NCBI GenBank assembly: GCA_965207455.1
Contig: CBDBMJ010000001.1
Location: forward strand, 1,600,001-1,664,000
From: Bdellovibrionota bacterium
Lineage (GTDB): Bacteria; Bdellovibrionota; UBA1018; CAIPTA01; JAALKR01
Reading direction: 5' to 3'
Length of the DNA stretch: 64,000 nt
Part shown: positions 9,420 through 19,435 of the stretch, piece after piece
Layout: each line of letters starts with the position of its first letter
Position numbering within the stretch: the stretch's first letter is position 1
Notes under the pieces: model-generated
What the model was told of the DNA's origin: nothing
What the model saw: only the letters and a program-made list of their open reading frames with translations
Database searches by the model: none
Position numbers and translations under genes: made by a program

Positions 9420-10649
9420 CTATTTGATTTTTACCTCCACACTATTTGCCACAATGGACCGAGAGTGTATCTGAGGGGGAGTTTCCATCACAAAAGCTAT
9501 TTGTATATGGGATATATCCAGAAGCACTTCTCGCTGGGAATGTGTACTAATGTATAAACCTGCCATATAGTCCCCAAGATTTAATTGCATGGCACACATC
9601 CGCACATTTATTTCCAGTATACCTTTATTGAATTCAAATATGGAGTTGGTATGCAATCCTGGAATATGGAGAATGGGGTCTATTTCATTATTATGAATCC
9701 ATGTGTCCACAAAACAAGGACCATAGTCCTTATCAGCCTTCAATTTAAAATGAAAATTCCAGTCATCTCCAGATTTTACGTTTCCGCATGATTTGACCTC
9801 TAAAATTTCTATTCCATCCTCTTGGTGCTTTATTTTAATGTCCTCAAATTCTCTCCCCATGGAATCCCTTGCGTACCTATCTGCCGTGGATTCAATATCG
9901 CCTAGGTGGACCAATTTCCCGTGGTTTAATAATAAACCTTTATTACAGAGTTGTTTCGTGAGGTTAATATTGTGGGAGACAAATAGGATCGTCTTTCCTT
10001 CACTTTTTGAGGCCGCGTTCATTTTTTGTATGCATTTTTGTTGGAACTCCACATCCCCAACTGCGAGAGCTTCGTCTATAATCATAATATCACTCTCCAA
10101 ATGGGCTGCAACGGAAAAGCCCAGGCGTGCACCCATTCCAGAAGAGTAGCGCTTTAGGGGGACTTCTAGGAATGTTTCCACGCCGGCAAAGTCCACAATT
10201 TCATCGAAGCGTCGCCCTATTTCTCGTTTGTTCATGCCCAGTATGGCGCCGTTGAGGTAGATGTTTTCCCGCCCCGTTAATTCGGGATGGAATCCTGTGC
10301 CCACCTCTAAGAGGCTAGCAATACGCCCCCGTATGGAAAGGCGTCCCGTGGTGGGTTCTGTGATTTGACTAAGGATTTTCAGTAGCGTGGATTTCCCTGC
10401 TCCATTACTACCAATAATACCCAGCTTGTCGCCTTTTTCTACTTCCAGGTTAATCCCTTGGAGGGCCCATATTTTTTTTTGGTTGCTTTTTTGGTTTTGA
10501 AAGAACCGCCAAGGGCGCAGAGATTTTTTCGCTCCTCGAACTAGGGACTCCCGGAGGGTGTCATACCCGGAGTAGCGGTTTTTTTTACTTTCTTGGATTT
10601 GGTAGCACTTGCTAACATCCTCTATTTTAATGGCTAGATCATCACGCAT
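9420..10649 (-). CDS. wzt: Polysaccharide ABC exporter ATP-binding protein with C-terminal Wzt domain
   Basis: GSNGAGKST, LLEVGTGFHPELTGREN, YSSGM, DEALAVGD; likely ATG 10649. Confidence 0.93.
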   Translation of the reverse strand: MRDDLAIKIEDVSKCYQIQESKKNRYSGYDTLRESLVRGAKKSLRPWRFFQNQKSNQKKIWALQGINLEVEKGDKLGIIGSNGAGKSTLLKILSQITEPTTGRLSIRGRIASLLEVGTGFHPELTGRENIYLNGAILGMNKREIGRRFDEIVDFAGVETFLEVPLKRYSSGMGARLGFSVAAHLESDIMIIDEALAVGDVEFQQKCIQKMNAASKSEGKTILFVSHNINLTKQLCNKGLLLNHGKLVHLGDIESTADRYARDSMGREFEDIKIKHQEDGIEILEVKSCGNVKSGDDWNFHFKLKADKDYGPCFVDTWIHNNEIDPILHIPGLHTNSIFEFNKGILEINVRMCAMQLNLGDYMAGLYISTHSQREVLLDISHIQIAFVMETPPQIHSRSIVANSVEVKIK

Positions 10650-10650
10650 A

Positions 10651-11478
10651 CTATATTTTGTCCGCAAACTCGCGCTCCATTTTGAAAAATACCTTAAAGC
10701 CAACAAAAATCGCTATGAGGGTTAAAGCAATAGACATAAAAAAACCTGGTAAATAAAAATCTACGTTTTCTCCTAAAATACTCCATCGGTACCCATCAAT
10801 TACTCCCACCATTGGGTTTAGGGAATACCAAAAACGCCACTGATCGGGAATAGTGGCACTGGAAAAACCCACTGGGGAAATATACAGACCGAACTGAACA
10901 ATAAATGGTATTACATAGCGGAAATCTCGATAGAAAACATTGAGGGTGGAAATAATGAGAGCAATGCCAATGGTGCTCATTATGCCAAGAAGCATAAAGC
11001 AGGGAAGGAGGAGGATTTTCCAGTCGGGTACGAATTGATAGTAGACCATAAGACCAAATAAAATAAACAGAGAGATGAAGGTGTCCACAAGAGCAGTCAT
11101 GATAGTACTCATGGGTATGATGAGGCGGGGGAAATAGATTTTTGAAATGAGTTGGGTATTGTTAATCAAGCTGTCACTACTGAGTTGAATAGCAGAGGCA
11201 AAGAATTGCCAGGGAAGCAGTCCCGCAAACACGAGAAGTGCGTAGGGGGTGTCTCCTTCTGTGGGCAGTTTTGCCAGCTTTCCAAAAATTAGGGTGAACA
11301 CCACCATGGTAAGAAAGGGACGAAGCACAGACCATAGTATACCAAGGAGGGTTTGTTTGTAACGAATGAGAATATCTCGCCAAGCTAGGACAAAGAATAA
11401 TTCACGGAACGCGTATAAGGATTGCCAGTAATTCCTTGTTTTTTTATTGGCGACGATTTCTAGGACTGTATCACTCAT
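10651..11478 (-). CDS. wzm: Polysaccharide ABC exporter permease
   Basis: RYKQTLLGILWSVLRP, LISKIYFPR, YRDFRY, LNPM. Confidence 0.93.
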   Translation of the reverse strand: MSDTVLEIVANKKTRNYWQSLYAFRELFFVLAWRDILIRYKQTLLGILWSVLRPFLTMVVFTLIFGKLAKLPTEGDTPYALLVFAGLLPWQFFASAIQLSSDSLINNTQLISKIYFPRLIIPMSTIMTALVDTFISLFILFGLMVYYQFVPDWKILLLPCFMLLGIMSTIGIALIISTLNVFYRDFRYVIPFIVQFGLYISPVGFSSATIPDQWRFWYSLNPMVGVIDGYRWSILGENVDFYLPGFFMSIALTLIAIFVGFKVFFKMEREFADKI

Positions 11479-11530
11479 CTGTATAGGTAATAGCTATTTT
11501 ATATGAGGAAAAATGTCAAACAAAATATCT

Positions 11531-12682
11531 CTATCTGGATAATTTGATAAGAACGGATATGGGAAAATGGTCGGAAAACCCGGCATTTCTTGGAGTAGAC
11601 GCATGAAAGTTATAGCGAAGAGGAATATTGGTAATACGAGTGCCATAGGAGGGGTGTTTATTGGCAGTGTATGTATAGGTGGTGGTGATTTTTTCATGGG
11701 TAAATATCTTGAAGGATCGGGATTGTACTTCCATGCCTTTTCCGTCGTTGAGGTTCTGGGTGAGAAAGAAATAGTCCAGAAAATTCCATGCCATTTTAGG
11801 TGGGTAAAAGTAGGTACCGAATGGATTCCTTTTTTTGGCTCCTGTATTTATATTTTCACCCATCTTTTGGCGCTTCATCCTTTTTATATCCATAAGGGCA
11901 TTGGGCAATTCGCTATTCAGTAGAACAGACTGGAATGGGTGGGGGTAGTCTCTTGGGATAGTATTAAAATCTCCCGTTACTAAACCGTGGTAGTTATTTT
12001 CTCCAAAGTGTTTTCTATCGGAGTCCATAAATTCTTTCAATAGCCTAGCCATAACTAATCGACGGTCGCTGGGGTTAGCTTGTGAGGGCCAGTGGTTATT
12101 ATAGATAGCAAGTACATTATTTGTATTTCCTTTTTTCGGTCGAAAGTACACACCTAAAATATCTCGAGCAGGTCGCTTGGAAAAAACTGCAGAGGTTCTG
12201 TGACTAATATATTCCACCTTATTCTCATTGTATAAGAGGGCAACATCTATTCCCCTGGGGTCGGAACCTTCCTCAATAATAAAGTGCTGAAATCCCAAAG
12301 CAGCAGCGATCTTCTCCACCACATATTTATTTTCCACTTCCTGTACAGCAAGAATATCGGGAATACCTCCCTGTAAATCAAAGAGCAATTTTATTTGTTG
12401 TAGCTTGAGTCGAAATTTTTTCTCTGTCCAGTCCGTCAATAAACATTCTTTTTTACGAAGGCTACTCATTTTTTCACAGGCGTCTACTTTTCCCGGCCAG
12501 TCCGCAGGCAGAAAGGTCCAATCGTTTTTCCTTTCGTCGTGTTTATTGTCGAAAAAGTTCTCCACATTATAGGATGTAACTTTTAATACCCTATCTTTTG
12601 CAACATTGCTGTATTCTCCGGCATCGATCTTTTGGGATTGAATAAATACCAAGACCGCGATTATAATTAATGTGAACTTCAT
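11531..12682 (-). CDS. Secreted endonuclease/exonuclease/phosphatase family protein
   Basis: Signal peptide; YNVENFFD, QEVEN, NHWPS, GDFN, SDHFP. Confidence 0.88.
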   Translation of the reverse strand: MKFTLIIIAVLVFIQSQKIDAGEYSNVAKDRVLKVTSYNVENFFDNKHDERKNDWTFLPADWPGKVDACEKMSSLRKKECLLTDWTEKKFRLKLQQIKLLFDLQGGIPDILAVQEVENKYVVEKIAAALGFQHFIIEEGSDPRGIDVALLYNENKVEYISHRTSAVFSKRPARDILGVYFRPKKGNTNNVLAIYNNHWPSQANPSDRRLVMARLLKEFMDSDRKHFGENNYHGLVTGDFNTIPRDYPHPFQSVLLNSELPNALMDIKRMKRQKMGENINTGAKKRNPFGTYFYPPKMAWNFLDYFFLTQNLNDGKGMEVQSRSFKIFTHEKITTTYTYTANKHPSYGTRITNIPLRYNFHASTPRNAGFSDHFPISVLIKLSR

Positions 12683-12863
12683 AGATTCTCCTATTTGTTA
12701 AATTTCATTGATTACATGGGTAGTGTCTCCTATGTGCGGAGTTTCTAGCAATTCTTTATTTTAATTTTTTAATTTTTTTTCTTTTGAAATTTTTACAATA
12801 AAGGTAGCTGCGTAAATATATTCTTACGTTCCCTAACATTAATGCGCAACAATCTGGAGTTTT

Positions 12864-13172
12864 TTATTGTAGTAATTTTTTTTGTAAGTCCCCGGACGCA
12901 TGCATTTCTGTAATAATATCACAACCGCCAATGAACTCACCATGAATGAAAACCTGAGGAGAGGTGGGCCACTGTGTGTATTTCTTGAGTCCCTCCCAGA
13001 TTTCTCTTTCTTCCATGATATTTATATAGTCAAAATCTGCATGCACCGCTTTTAGGGCCTCCACAGTGCGAGCTGAAAACCCACACATGGGAAAAGAGGG
13101 CGTTCCCTTCATAAAAATAAAGGCAGGCTTGGATTTTACTTTTTTTTCAATGATTTGCTGTATGTTACTCAT
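12864..13172 (-). CDS. grxD: Monothiol glutaredoxin Grx4
   Basis: FMKGTP..PMCGFS, WPT.PQVFI.GEFIGGCDI. Confidence 0.95.
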   Translation of the reverse strand: MSNIQQIIEKKVKSKPAFIFMKGTPSFPMCGFSARTVEALKAVHADFDYINIMEEREIWEGLKKYTQWPTSPQVFIHGEFIGGCDIITEMHASGDLQKKLLQ

Positions 13173-13209
13173 AATGTGGGCTCCTTTTACAATAGCTATT
13201 GTTATTCAG

Positions 13210-13470
13210 TCACTTAGTCTCCATAAACCCCTGTTCCTTGGCTTGCTTGGGCGTAAGGGTCTTCATGGATAGTGCATGAACGTCGTTTGTTTGAATTTCT
13301 TTCGCAAAGAGGTCTAAAATAAGCTTGTGCTGCTGTATGAGACTTTTTCCCTCAAAGGCATCAGCAATGACCAATGCATGAATATGGTCGCCCCCCCCAA
13401 GATCCTTTATTTCAGCACTGGCCCCAGGCACCTTATGCTCAATGCGCTCTTTAATCTCCTTTAACTCCAT
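13210..13470 (-). CDS. bolA: BolA/IbaG family protein
   Basis: GGDH, FEGKSLIQQH, VHALSMKTLTP; adjacent to grxD. Confidence 0.92.
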   Translation of the reverse strand: MELKEIKERIEHKVPGASAEIKDLGGGDHIHALVIADAFEGKSLIQQHKLILDLFAKEIQTNDVHALSMKTLTPKQAKEQGFMETK

Positions 13471-13638
13471 AGCTTGGGTATAGATGATTTTTACTTAGAT
13501 TGGAAGTGAAAACGATGGTGAGGTAGGCATTTTTGCCGCAAAGGCCCAGCGGTCTGGGTGATTGCATGATGGGTTTGCTGTACGCTCAAATCAGCTATAC
13601 TATTTTGATACCAATAGTCTGATGTTGCAAGCCGATAC

Positions 13639-13673
13639 AAAAAAAGCCCTCTTTTAAAAGAAAGCTTTTTTTT
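13639..13673 (-). terminator. Intrinsic terminator (probably bidirectional)
   Basis: Minus strand AGCTTTCTT-TTAA-AAGAGGGCT followed by a T-run; A/T tracts on both sides. Confidence 0.65.
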
Positions 13674-13695
13674 AGTATAAATTTATTCAATTCAG

Positions 13696-14421
13696 TTAAT
13701 TGATAATAGGGATAAGATACGTTGCATCCTCATTATTATTCAAATGGGCTGCGATTCTTTCAACCTCATCCGTAGAGGCTTCAGGAATTAATTTGTTGTC
13801 TATCATATAATACAATTTAGCTAGGCTATCGACCTTATAAGCAGCGATTGCGCAACCATTCTCTATATATTCATTAACTACTTTATTTATTCTGTTTTTA
13901 TTATCACGGCCTCCTCGTGAATAAAAATAATGTTCTTCTATTTCAGGGTAGTTACATATTTCAGCTATATTTTGGAAATTTTCAACTAAAGGAACTGTAT
14001 TGGCAATTTGCTGTATTGATTCTGCTGACGCTCCCTTGGGATCGAACACAAGTTCCACCTCTGGGTTCAAATCAGCGGCTACGGCAGATCCAACATAAAA
14101 AAATAAGGATATTGCTCCCAGAATCCCACCTATGCTGGTCATCATAGCCCTATATTTCATAGAATCTGAAGCAAGGTAAATATTTCTAGTATTTACAGCA
14201 TTTCCTAACCCACGTGCATGTAATTGCTTGTGATGCTGCAAAGCAAGTTGCGCTTTATTGAAGGCCGCTCCTTGGTATAAAGCAAGAACAAAAGATGCTC
14301 CAGCTGCTACGAGAAGTCTGCCATTACCGGCGGCCGCATATTGTGGGCTAACTAAAGCAAGACAAAGCAGCATAGCTAATATATTTTTTATTTTTTTCAT
14401 TTCATTTTTTATTTTTTCCAT
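13696..14421 (-). CDS. Hypothetical exported/membrane protein
   Basis: GGGAG RBS before ATG 14421; signal peptide ..LCLALVSPQYAAA; two further hydrophobic helices; TTGACC-17-TATGGT promoter upstream. Confidence 0.7.
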   Translation of the reverse strand: MEKIKNEMKKIKNILAMLLCLALVSPQYAAAGNGRLLVAAGASFVLALYQGAAFNKAQLALQHHKQLHARGLGNAVNTRNIYLASDSMKYRAMMTSIGGILGAISLFFYVGSAVAADLNPEVELVFDPKGASAESIQQIANTVPLVENFQNIAEICNYPEIEEHYFYSRGGRDNKNRINKVVNEYIENGCAIAAYKVDSLAKLYYMIDNKLIPEASTDEVERIAAHLNNNEDATYLIPIIN

Positions 14422-14577
14422 TTCTTTCTCCCTATTGTGTTTAATTATTTGCTTCAATCAATATTTAAGACACCATACGTCAAATTAGGTTATTGGTCAA
14501 GTATTATTTTCGCATATTATTATTTTTTTTAACTTATTGTTTTTACTGGATTTATTGAAATTATTGCCATCTTGCGC

Positions 14578-15234
14578 CTATTCTAAACGATCGTAGGTGA
14601 GGTAGAGTTCTCCCGAGCGGACGAAATTTTCTTTTAATTTCCAGCGAGTAAAATGGGGTGGAGTAAACCCCGTTCCCTCAAAGAGGCTGGGGGCCTTCCT
14701 ACCACCAATGAGTAGCGGACACAGGGTGAGGTAAATACGACTCACTAAATCCTGCTCCAAGAAATCGCTATTAAGTTCTCCACCACCCTCTAGGAGCAAG
14801 TGCTGAAAACCAGCTTTGCCCAAGGTCTGAAGAATCTTTTTGGGACGGGGACGTAGCGTTGGACAAACCACTACCTGCACACCCTTACTCTCGAAGTATT
14901 TTATGGCACTCGTAGAGGCATTTTTGCCACAAAATACCCAGCGGTCTATCTTGTGGGCTTGTTCCCAGGGGGTTTTTTTGGGGAGTCGGAGCCGAGAGCT
15001 AATAATAATGGTGGCTGGTTGTTTTTTTTTCGACCCTGAGGTTAGGGGTCGGGGATGGGCAACGAAGGTCTTGGCTCCCATAATTACGGCGTCGACCTTT
15101 CCGCGTAGTTGGCGCATGCGGGTTCTGTCAAAGGGACTCCCCATTTCTATGGGGCCACGCAGAAAGCTCGCAATTTTTCCATCTATACTGGAAGCCATAT
15201 TAATAGATACATGTGGTAATTTCACCTGAGGCAT
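14578..15234 (-). CDS. RibD C-terminal / dihydrofolate reductase-like protein
   Basis: MASSIDGKI, DAVIMGA, LLEGGGELN, PLLIGG. Confidence 0.88.
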   Translation of the reverse strand: MPQVKLPHVSINMASSIDGKIASFLRGPIEMGSPFDRTRMRQLRGKVDAVIMGAKTFVAHPRPLTSGSKKKQPATIIISSRLRLPKKTPWEQAHKIDRWVFCGKNASTSAIKYFESKGVQVVVCPTLRPRPKKILQTLGKAGFQHLLLEGGGELNSDFLEQDLVSRIYLTLCPLLIGGRKAPSLFEGTGFTPPHFTRWKLKENFVRSGELYLTYDRLE

Positions 15235-15371
15235 GAGTCCTTATAATATGAATCCTATGGAAAACCAAGGTAACAGCCTTGCATTGCTACTTCTCCACAA
15301 CCGATATGCCGCATTAAATTAATCCTCCATTCCATTGACGCTCCCCTGAATTATTAATAATAAAAAAGATT

Positions 15372-15408
15372 ATACACTGTGGTGTGATCTTTCCTTTTGC
15401 CCCTACAT
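15372..15408. repeat. Copy of dispersed motif (putative IS terminal repeat)
   Basis: ATACACTGTGGTGTGATCTTTCCTTTTGCCCCTACAT closely matches 56570-56607. Confidence 0.7.
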
Positions 15409-15422
15409 TTAAAATTAAAGCT

Positions 15423-15514
15423 TTGACATCAGATGACCGATCAGATTATTGTGCACCTTACAAAAGAAACGCGCGGTGTGTTTCTTAAATTTAATAAATA
15501 GAAAGGAAAAAATT
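15423..15514 (+). promoter_or_regulatory. Sigma70-type promoter plus conserved 5' hairpin leader
   Basis: TTGACA-18-TATTGT, hairpin 15464-15486, AGGA RBS; homologous element at 37555-37653. Confidence 0.7.
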
Positions 15515-16123
15515 ATGAATAATATACTAAAACTAACTTTTGCACTCGGTATAGTCTTTGCTTTGTTGAGTCCTCCAGTTTTCGGAGCAACAAGTGTAGA
15601 GAAAACGCTAGAATGTACCGACGGGAGGAATCTCAGGGATTCCATGGAGCAACGTTTTATAGTGTGCTCTACAGAAATAATAGAGCTTGAGGTGAACGGA
15701 GAAGTAAAAACTTTTACAGTTCAATTCAATTTCAGATCTTTACATCACGGCGATCCTGTCCCGGCTCAATCTACACATAATAGTGCTAGGAGTCCCAATG
15801 GTGGTTACTCGGTTTATTATCAGGAAGATCCCTCTCAACTGGGAGGTTTTGTACACGTATATGCCAAAAATACTCCGAAAGACGAGAGAGTATTCAAGAA
15901 ATACTATTGCAGCAATGATCCAGATACTTTTTCAGAGTGTTACTACATGTCAAAGAAAATTCAATCGTATGAAGGAGATCTGGGCAAGGATGTTAAACTT
16001 GAACTTGAAATTAACGTTAAGTTATTTGGTAGGAAGACTGAAGTCCAGTCTTGGGGAAAGGAATATCTTCCTATAAAAGTTGTTGCTGTGCTTCGACTTA
16101 GAGCGCCTATTTCCTCCCTGTAG
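15515..16123 (+). CDS. Hypothetical secreted protein (C-x16-C...C-x9-C)
   Basis: ATG 15515 after RBS; Sec signal MNNILKLTFALGIVFALLSPPVFGA; own terminator. Confidence 0.75.
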   Translation: MNNILKLTFALGIVFALLSPPVFGATSVEKTLECTDGRNLRDSMEQRFIVCSTEIIELEVNGEVKTFTVQFNFRSLHHGDPVPAQSTHNSARSPNGGYSVYYQEDPSQLGGFVHVYAKNTPKDERVFKKYYCSNDPDTFSECYYMSKKIQSYEGDLGKDVKLELEINVKLFGRKTEVQSWGKEYLPIKVVAVLRLRAPISSL

Positions 16124-16167
16124 TTTTTATTTTTTTTAAAACTAATACAAGTATAGAGAATAAAATG

Positions 16168-16197
16168 AAATCCCCTCCATGATGAGGGGATTTTTTT
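16168..16197 (+). terminator. Intrinsic terminator
   Basis: AAATCCCCTC-CATGAT-GAGGGGA followed by T7. Confidence 0.8.
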
Positions 16198-16431
16198 ATT
16201 TAGCCCTGCACTCGTGACAACTACCTAGAGCTAAGTTATAAAAGCCTCTATTCTGCCTACTATGCGTCTGAACTGAGGCACATAGAAAAAATCTTATTAC
16301 TTGAGCCTTCTCCTATTTGATTTTCCAGCCCACTGGCCTTAAATTATTACAAATAAAGAATATTATGCAATGTGTTGTAAGATTTCCATTTTGCTGAGGT
16401 GGAAATTTTCATTTTGGAGCAACGATACGCG

Positions 16432-16460
16432 TTGACAAATGCGCCGCATTTGTATAGCTT
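16432..16460 (+). promoter_or_regulatory. Promoter with perfect dyad in the spacer
   Basis: TTGACA-17-TAGCTT; ACAAATGCG-C-CGCATTTGT at 16435-16453. Confidence 0.6.
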
Positions 16461-16467
16461 AATCAGC

Positions 16468-17595
16468 ATGTTCCAATTCCGACGCAAGCGACCTAAAAAG
16501 ATAAAGATTGTTACCAGCGACATGCATCTCTCTGCGGGTCTATTCATTGACGGAAAGCCCAATCCCTACGAGGACTTTTACCACGACCACGAGTTTGTGG
16601 CCCTATTGGAATATTTTTCTCAGGGAATTTATGGCGACGGTTGTGAGGTGGAGCTTGTTTTAAATGGGGATGTCTTCGATTTTCTCAATGTATCTTTGGA
16701 TGGTGCGTTTTCTGAGCAGATTACGGAGGCCATGAGTTTAAGAAAGCTTCAAATTATTTTCGACGGTCACCCTGAGGTTGCAAATGCCATGCGGGAGTTC
16801 GTGGCCTGCCCTGGTAAATATATTGTATACAATGTGGGCAACCACGACCCTGATTTCTTTTTCCCCAAGGTGCGGGAGCTTTTTTGTAAAACTTTGATGG
16901 GGTCCAATGTTTCTCCGAGCAAAGTTCATGTGAATGTGGAAAAGGAGTATTTGGAATATCCCGGATTGCGAATTCACCATGGTAACGAATATGAAGCCAT
17001 ACATGTGATGAGTTATGAAAAGCCAATTATTACAGAGGGGGTGAAGGAGCCCATATTAAATATTCCTTGGGGAACGGTTTTTGTTTTGAGTATTGTGAAC
17101 CGATTTAAGCGACAACGGGATTATATCGACAGGGTCAAGCCTGCAAAGCTTATGATCTTTTGGGGTTTACTCACGGATCCCATATTTATGATAAAGCTTC
17201 TCTTCATCACGTCGGTCTATTTTTTAAAAACAAGATTTATTTACAGTCCTTCGAGGCGCGCTCCCCTTAGAACCACAATGCGTATCTTAAAGGAGGGGGC
17301 CACTCCCTTTCATAGTATGAAGGGTCACGCTGAGGCTATTTTGGAGAGTAAGCCAGATGTGCATACAGTGATCTTTGGTCACACACACGGGGCCATGCAA
17401 CACCGCTATTCCACGGGAAAGACCTATATCAACACGGGCACTTGGACTCGTATGGTGAACCTCGATCTGCTCCACCTTGGTCAAAGTGTACGCCTTACCT
17501 TTGCTTTAGTGGAATACGATAAGAAGGGGGATTGTGTGGCTACTTTGCAGGAATGGATGGGAGTGCCTGCGCCCCATAAAATGTATAACGTATAG
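16468..17595 (+). CDS. Calcineurin-like metallophosphoesterase
   Basis: SDMH, NGDVFD, GNHD, HHGN, FGHTH, YINTGTW; likely ATG 16468. Confidence 0.88.
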   Translation: MFQFRRKRPKKIKIVTSDMHLSAGLFIDGKPNPYEDFYHDHEFVALLEYFSQGIYGDGCEVELVLNGDVFDFLNVSLDGAFSEQITEAMSLRKLQIIFDGHPEVANAMREFVACPGKYIVYNVGNHDPDFFFPKVRELFCKTLMGSNVSPSKVHVNVEKEYLEYPGLRIHHGNEYEAIHVMSYEKPIITEGVKEPILNIPWGTVFVLSIVNRFKRQRDYIDRVKPAKLMIFWGLLTDPIFMIKLLFITSVYFLKTRFIYSPSRRAPLRTTMRILKEGATPFHSMKGHAEAILESKPDVHTVIFGHTHGAMQHRYSTGKTYINTGTWTRMVNLDLLHLGQSVRLTFALVEYDKKGDCVATLQEWMGVPAPHKMYNV

Positions 17596-17596
17596 A

Positions 17597-18553
17597 TTAT
17601 TTTTTCTGGATAATGGAGGCGTTTCTTTGTAGGCCTTGTAGTTTGGGTCGAGAAAGAGCCCTATCTCGAAATTCTGTTTGGAATTGTTTTTCGTCCATGG
17701 TTTGTATTTTATTGAGGGAGATCCATTCGATGGGAGGAGCGCCTTCTTCTTTTCGTTCATGTCGTAGGTTTTTGTCGTTCCAGGGGCATACCTCTTGGCA
17801 GATGTCGCAGCCTAAGATCCAGTCGCCCATAAGTGGGTGGTATTTCTCGTCGATATTTCCCTTATGTTCAATGGTTAAATAGGAAATGCATTTGCGACTA
17901 TCTACGGCCCGCTTATTTTCCAAAATAGCTTCGGTGGGGCAAGCGTCGATACAGCGACGACAAGATCCACAGTGATCCGCAATGGGCAGATCTGCCTCTA
18001 ACTCTGCTGTGCTAATAACCTCTCCCATCCAAAACCAAGAGCCCTCTTGGGGATGTATCAGCATGGCGTTTTTTCCAATCCAGCCCAGTCCTGCTTGTAC
18101 GCCGAGGCTGCGTTCTGGAATAGCGCCAGTGTCCACGTAAGCGAGGCTTTTATTTTTTTGCTTCCCATGACCGTCGATAAATGCGGCTAGTTTTTCCAGT
18201 AGGGCTTTGAGTACAAAGTGGTAGTCTTTGCCTTGGGCATAGCGAGCGATACGACCATATGGTTCGTTTGGATCTTTTTCGAGAAGGGGTAGTGTCTTTT
18301 CGCCGGGGAAGTGGAGGCCGCAGACGATGGCAGATTTTGCATCGGGCAGAATATTGCAAAGGCTTCCTCGACGTTGTTGTTGTCGTTCCAGGTATTTCAT
18401 TTCCGCACCATAGCCTTGGTCTATCCACCACTTATAGAATTTTTCCTGTGTGGCGTTCATTTCGCTGGTGATCCCTACTAGATGGAAGCCCAATTGACGC
18501 GCCTTATCTTTCACCATAGTAGAGGACAGAGTTTCCATATCTTTTTTTAACAT
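17597..18553 (-). CDS. queG: Epoxyqueuosine reductase
   Basis: ARYAQGKDYH, AGLGWIGKN, CGSCRRCIDACPT, CISYLTIE, GCDICQEVCPWN. Confidence 0.95.
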   Translation of the reverse strand: MLKKDMETLSSTMVKDKARQLGFHLVGITSEMNATQEKFYKWWIDQGYGAEMKYLERQQQRRGSLCNILPDAKSAIVCGLHFPGEKTLPLLEKDPNEPYGRIARYAQGKDYHFVLKALLEKLAAFIDGHGKQKNKSLAYVDTGAIPERSLGVQAGLGWIGKNAMLIHPQEGSWFWMGEVISTAELEADLPIADHCGSCRRCIDACPTEAILENKRAVDSRKCISYLTIEHKGNIDEKYHPLMGDWILGCDICQEVCPWNDKNLRHERKEEGAPPIEWISLNKIQTMDEKQFQTEFRDRALSRPKLQGLQRNASIIQKK

Positions 18554-18592
18554 AAAGACTCCAGCGGTCCAGTTTTGTGATACCTAAAAGTC

Positions 18593-19435
18593 ATGGATCA
18601 AAAAGAGTTAAGTAGGGACGAGCTGGAGGGTCTAGCTAGGGATGTGCGTGTTCATATTATCCGCATGCTTTGTGAGGCAGGCAGTGGTCACCCAGGGGGC
18701 AGCCTTTCCTTAGCCGATATTTTAACTACTTTATATTTTCAGGTGCTTCGTCACGATCCCAAAAATCCGGACTGGGAGGATCGGGAGCGTTTTATTTTAA
18801 GTAAGGGTCATGGTGTGCCCACTCAGTATGCTTGTCTTGCGAAGGCGGGGTATTTTTCCGAGGATAGGCTTATCACCCTGAGGAAGAGGGGAAGTGCTTT
18901 GCAAGGTCACCCGGACCGTATGCGTTTGCCGGGAATAGAGGCAAGTACGGGAAGTTTAGGACAAGGGCTTTCCGTTGCCCAAGGAATTGCTTTAGCGATG
19001 CGACTGAATAAGAAAGACCACATGACCTATTGTGTATTAGGGGATGGGGAGCTTCAAGAGGGGCAGGTTTGGGAAGCAGCAATGAGTATTCCCATGCTTA
19101 AGTTGGGTCATTTGTGTGCTGTTGTGGATGCGAACGGATGTCAGATTGACGGCAATGTATCCGACGTGATGAACATTGAGCCCTTGGGTGCAAAGTTTGA
19201 AAGTTTTGGTTGGCAAGTGGTGGAAATCGACGGTCACGATGTGTGTGCTATACGAGATGCTTTTTTTCAAGCCAAGTCTGCGGCCAGTGGTGGAAAGCCC
19301 ACCATGATTATTGCCCGCACCACTAAGGGAAAGGGTGTGAGTTTTATGGAAGGAAAAGTAGGTTGGCATGGAGTAACTCCCTCTCGGGAAGAGGCGGACA
19401 GGGCTATTAAAGAACTAATGGCAGGTGGGCAATGA
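18593..19435 (+). CDS. tktA: Transketolase, N-terminal subunit
   Basis: SGHPGGSLS, LSKGH, LQGHP, STGSLGQG, GDGELQEG. Confidence 0.93.
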   Translation: MDQKELSRDELEGLARDVRVHIIRMLCEAGSGHPGGSLSLADILTTLYFQVLRHDPKNPDWEDRERFILSKGHGVPTQYACLAKAGYFSEDRLITLRKRGSALQGHPDRMRLPGIEASTGSLGQGLSVAQGIALAMRLNKKDHMTYCVLGDGELQEGQVWEAAMSIPMLKLGHLCAVVDANGCQIDGNVSDVMNIEPLGAKFESFGWQVVEIDGHDVCAIRDAFFQAKSAASGGKPTMIIARTTKGKGVSFMEGKVGWHGVTPSREEADRAIKELMAGGQ

